From: an uncultured Prevotellaceae bacterium
Lineage (GTDB): Bacteria > Bacteroidota > Bacteroidia > Bacteroidales > Muribaculaceae
NCBI GenBank assembly: GCA_947302275.1
Contig: CAMYUW010000010.1
Span: forward strand, 8,661-72,660
Length of the DNA stretch: 64,000 nt
Direction: 5' to 3'
The notes beneath the pieces were generated by a model that was not told where the DNA came from, did not search any database, and saw nothing but the letters and a program-made list of their open reading frames with translations. Of this stretch, positions 61,104 to 64,000 are shown one piece after another; position 1 is the first letter of the stretch; each line of letters begins with the position of its first letter. The translations under genes and the position numbers were made by a program.

Positions 61104-62699
61104 TTAACTGGCGGGAGCATCGGTGTACTTGGCGGCTACTTCGGCAGCGGCATGTTTGAGTTTTGACATGACGTCGTCGTCAATCTTGCCAGTGCGCAGC
61201 ACGTCGAGCACATCACTCTGATGCTTACCGCGCAGGTAACTGATAAACAGTTTCTCAAACTCGCCCACCTTGTCCAGAGGCACGTCGCGCAACAGGCCGT
61301 TCACACCACAATAGATGATGGCCACCTGTTCCTCGACTTTCATTGGGGTGTATTGTGCCTGGACGAGCAGTCGCTCATTCTTACGGCCTGTGTCGATAGT
61401 GCGGGCGGTTACGGGGTCGATGTCGCCACCAAACTTGGTGAAGGCTTCGAGCTCACGATACTGCGCTTGAGCGATTTTGAGGGTACCTGCCACTTTCTTC
61501 ATACACTTGATCTGGGCGTTACCACCCACACGTGATACCGAGATACCCACGTTTACGGCAGGACGGATACCCGAGTTGAACAAGGCCGACTCAAGGTAAA
61601 TCTGACCGTCAGTAATTGAGATCACGTTGGTGGGGATATAGGCGCTCACGTCGCCGGCCTGAGTCTCGATGATAGGCAATGCTGTCAGTGAACCGCCACC
61701 CTTGACGATGGACTTCAGCGGTGCAGGCAGGTCGTTCATCACGCTAGCCACGGCCTGGTTCTCATTGATCTTGGCGGCACGCTCCAGCAGACGGCTGTGC
61801 AGGTAGAAGATATCGCCGGGATAAGCCTCACGACCCGAGGGGCGCTTGAGAATCAGCGAGATCTCACGATAAGCGACAGCGTGCTTGGACAAGTCGTCAT
61901 AGATCACGAGGGCGTCGCGACCGGTGTCACGGAAATACTCACCGATGGCGGCACCTGCAAAGGGTGCATAGTAACGCATCGACGCCGAATCGGCTGCGGT
62001 GGCGGCCACTACGATGGTATAGGGCATGGCGCCCGACTCCTTCAGCTTGTTCACCAGGGCGGCAACGGTCGATGCCTTCTGGCCAATAGCGACATAGATG
62101 CAATATACCGGCTTGCCAGCCTCATAGTTGGCACGCTGGTTGATGATGGTGTCCACCGCGATGGCGGTCTTGCCAATCTGGCGGTCACCGATGATGAGCT
62201 CACGCTGGCCACGGCCGATGGGAATCATCGAGTCAATAGCCTTGAGACCCGTCTGCAACGGCTGGTTCACAGGCTGGCGGAAGATAACGCCAGGAGCCTT
62301 GCGCTCCAGCGGCAGACGCAACCGCTGGCCTTCGATGGGGCCACTGCCATCGATGGGCTTTGCCAGCACGTTGATCACGCGGCCCAGCAGTCCCTCGCCC
62401 ACCTCGATGGAGGCGATTTCGCCGGTGCGACGCACCTTCATGTTTTCGGTCACCGAGTCCACCTCATCAAGCAGGATAATACCCACGTCACTCTCCTCCA
62501 GGTTCATGGCAACGCCAGTCACACCGTTCTCGAACCGCACCAGCTCGTTGGCCTCAACATTGTGAAGGCCATAGGCATGAGCAACTCCGTCACCCACCTC
62601 AAGGACGGTGCCTTCTTCCTCGAAGACCACCTGACGCTTGACGATATCATCGACGAGCTGTTGTTTCAGTATATCAGATATTTCACTGGGATTAATCAT
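61104..62699 (-). CDS. atpA: F0F1 ATP synthase alpha subunit
   Basis: [42 protein letters not shown] and [11 protein letters not shown] motifs. Confidence 0.98.
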   Translation of the reverse strand: MINPSEISDILKQQLVDDIVKRQVVFEEEGTVLEVGDGVAHAYGLHNVEANELVRFENGVTGVAMNLEESDVGIILLDEVDSVTENMKVRRTGEIASIEVGEGLLGRVINVLAKPIDGSGPIEGQRLRLPLERKAPGVIFRQPVNQPLQTGLKAIDSMIPIGRGQRELIIGDRQIGKTAIAVDTIINQRANYEAGKPVYCIYVAIGQKASTVAALVNKLKESGAMPYTIVVAATAADSASMRYYAPFAGAAIGEYFRDTGRDALVIYDDLSKHAVAYREISLILKRPSGREAYPGDIFYLHSRLLERAAKINENQAVASVMNDLPAPLKSIVKGGGSLTALPIIETQAGDVSAYIPTNVISITDGQIYLESALFNSGIRPAVNVGISVSRVGGNAQIKCMKKVAGTLKIAQAQYRELEAFTKFGGDIDPVTARTIDTGRKNERLLVQAQYTPMKVEEQVAIIYCGVNGLLRDVPLDKVGEFEKLFISYLRGKHQSDVLDVLRTGKIDDDVMSKLKHAAAEVAAKYTDAPAS

Positions 62700-62708
62700 C
62701 TCTTGTAA

Positions 62709-63251
62709 TTATTTCTTCTGCAGTTGTAATTGCAATTCGTTCAATTCTCTCTTTACCGATGCGTCAAGCACCAGGCCGTCAATGGTCACTATAAAACCGC
62801 CAATCAACTCGGGGTCAATCTTCTGTTCGATTTCCAGTGTCATCGCGCCAAGGCGTTTCTTGACGATGTCGATAATGGCTTTGATCTCGGCCTCGGGCAT
62901 CGGTACCGCTGTGGTGATGACCACATGCGCTATCTCGTGGGCCTCACGGTAGAGATCGACGTAGGCGAGGGATATCTTCTGCAGATACTCGGCGCGGTTG
63001 TTGCGCACACACAGCAGGATGAACTTATCCAACGAGCTGCCGGGCTTGCCGCCCGAGAGTTTCAGCATGTAAGAGCCCTTGTCCTCGTCAGAGATATCGG
63101 GGTTGAGCACCGCGCGCTTGAGTTCGTCGATTGCGGTATGACGGAAACTGAGCTTCTTCAAGAGCTCGTAGATTTCCTCCGAGTCGCCATTCTCGACAGC
63201 GAACTTGTACAGTGCCTTGGCATATCGGCGTGGTATCAGTCCGTCACTCAT
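62709..63251 (-). CDS. atpH: F0F1 ATP synthase delta subunit
   Basis: RRYAKAL and IDPELIGG...DASV motifs. Confidence 0.94.
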   Translation of the reverse strand: MSDGLIPRRYAKALYKFAVENGDSEEIYELLKKLSFRHTAIDELKRAVLNPDISDEDKGSYMLKLSGGKPGSSLDKFILLCVRNNRAEYLQKISLAYVDLYREAHEIAHVVITTAVPMPEAEIKAIIDIVKKRLGAMTLEIEQKIDPELIGGFIVTIDGLVLDASVKRELNELQLQLQKK

Positions 63252-63257
63252 AACGCG

Positions 63258-63755
63258 TTAATTTTTAGTCTCAACCTCGCGCAGATATTGGTCAACAAGC
63301 GCTTTTTGGGCATCGTCATTAGCGATGTTGCGGCGAATCACCTTTTCGGCAATCTGCAGCGCCAACTCGCCCACTTCGAGCCGCAGTTGTTTCTCCGACT
63401 CCTTGCGCGCCTGTTCAATGGAAACTTGAGCGGCTTCAGTCACTTTCTTAGCCTCGATCGAGGCATCGCCACGCGCTTTCTCGATAAGGTCGTTGCGCAT
63501 CTTGGCTGCCTCGCGCAGGATGTCGGCCTGCTCGTTACGGGCTTCGGCAAGCAACTTGTCCGCTTCGGCCTTGGCGTTGCTCAGGCGTGCTTCGGCTTCT
63601 TGGTAATAGGCCACACCCTTGTCAATCTTGTCGGCACGTTCCTCCATACTCTTGATGATGAAGGGCCATGCCCACTTGGCAAGGATGAAGTACAGGCACA
63701 AGAATGCCACAAACATCCAGAAGACCAGGCCAAATTCAGGCGTGAAAAGTTCCAT
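63258..63755 (-). CDS. atpF: F0F1 ATP synthase subunit b
   Basis: PEFGLVFW TM helix, then ERADKI and a long coiled coil. Confidence 0.94.
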   Translation of the reverse strand: MELFTPEFGLVFWMFVAFLCLYFILAKWAWPFIIKSMEERADKIDKGVAYYQEAEARLSNAKAEADKLLAEARNEQADILREAAKMRNDLIEKARGDASIEAKKVTEAAQVSIEQARKESEKQLRLEVGELALQIAEKVIRRNIANDDAQKALVDQYLREVETKN

Positions 63756-63770
63756 CTGAACCCAGAAAAA

Positions 63771-64000
<230 letters not shown>

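Noticed and set aside
62166..62189. AtpA Walker A reads GDRQIGKT, not GDRQTGKT
   Set aside because: The change is at a variable position of GxxxxGKT and does not indicate inactivation.

Overview
Chromosomal segment of a Bacteroidales gut or rumen bacterium, Muribaculaceae-like by inference (TAnnTTTG promoters, T9SS-type C-termini, an N-terminal dockerin); most genes are on the minus strand. Left to right: the 3' part of a BspA-type LRR gene facing an orphan promoter plus signal peptide; a dockerin protein; housekeeping and envelope genes (HAD, YidE-type transporter, Omp85/TamL, TPR, kdsA, rsmE, NupG-like permease, DUF151, EptA-like, mnmA, DoxX, DUF5106-like); a candidate sRNA; an AT-rich surface-glycan island (GT32, GT4, GT42/Maf-like transferase, Wzx, CMP-ulosonate synthetase, KpsF, LicD, acyltransferase pseudogene); a ~14 kb peptidoglycan/MurNAc salvage cluster (cryptic amidase, GT2, DUF4922, SpoIID, AmpG, NamZ, NagX, kinase, MurQ, SGNH esterase, second kinase); hsp20; a 1660-aa modular T9SS protein; a duplicated beta-propeller/Amidase_3 module present both fused and split; and atpE-F-H-A-G running straight into nuoI-N. 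The best candidates for undescribed biology are the propeller-amidase pair, the atp/nuo chimeric operon, the possible invertible LRR switch and the sRNA. All calls come from motifs read by eye; no searches were run. No tRNA, rRNA, CRISPR array or transposase was recognised.
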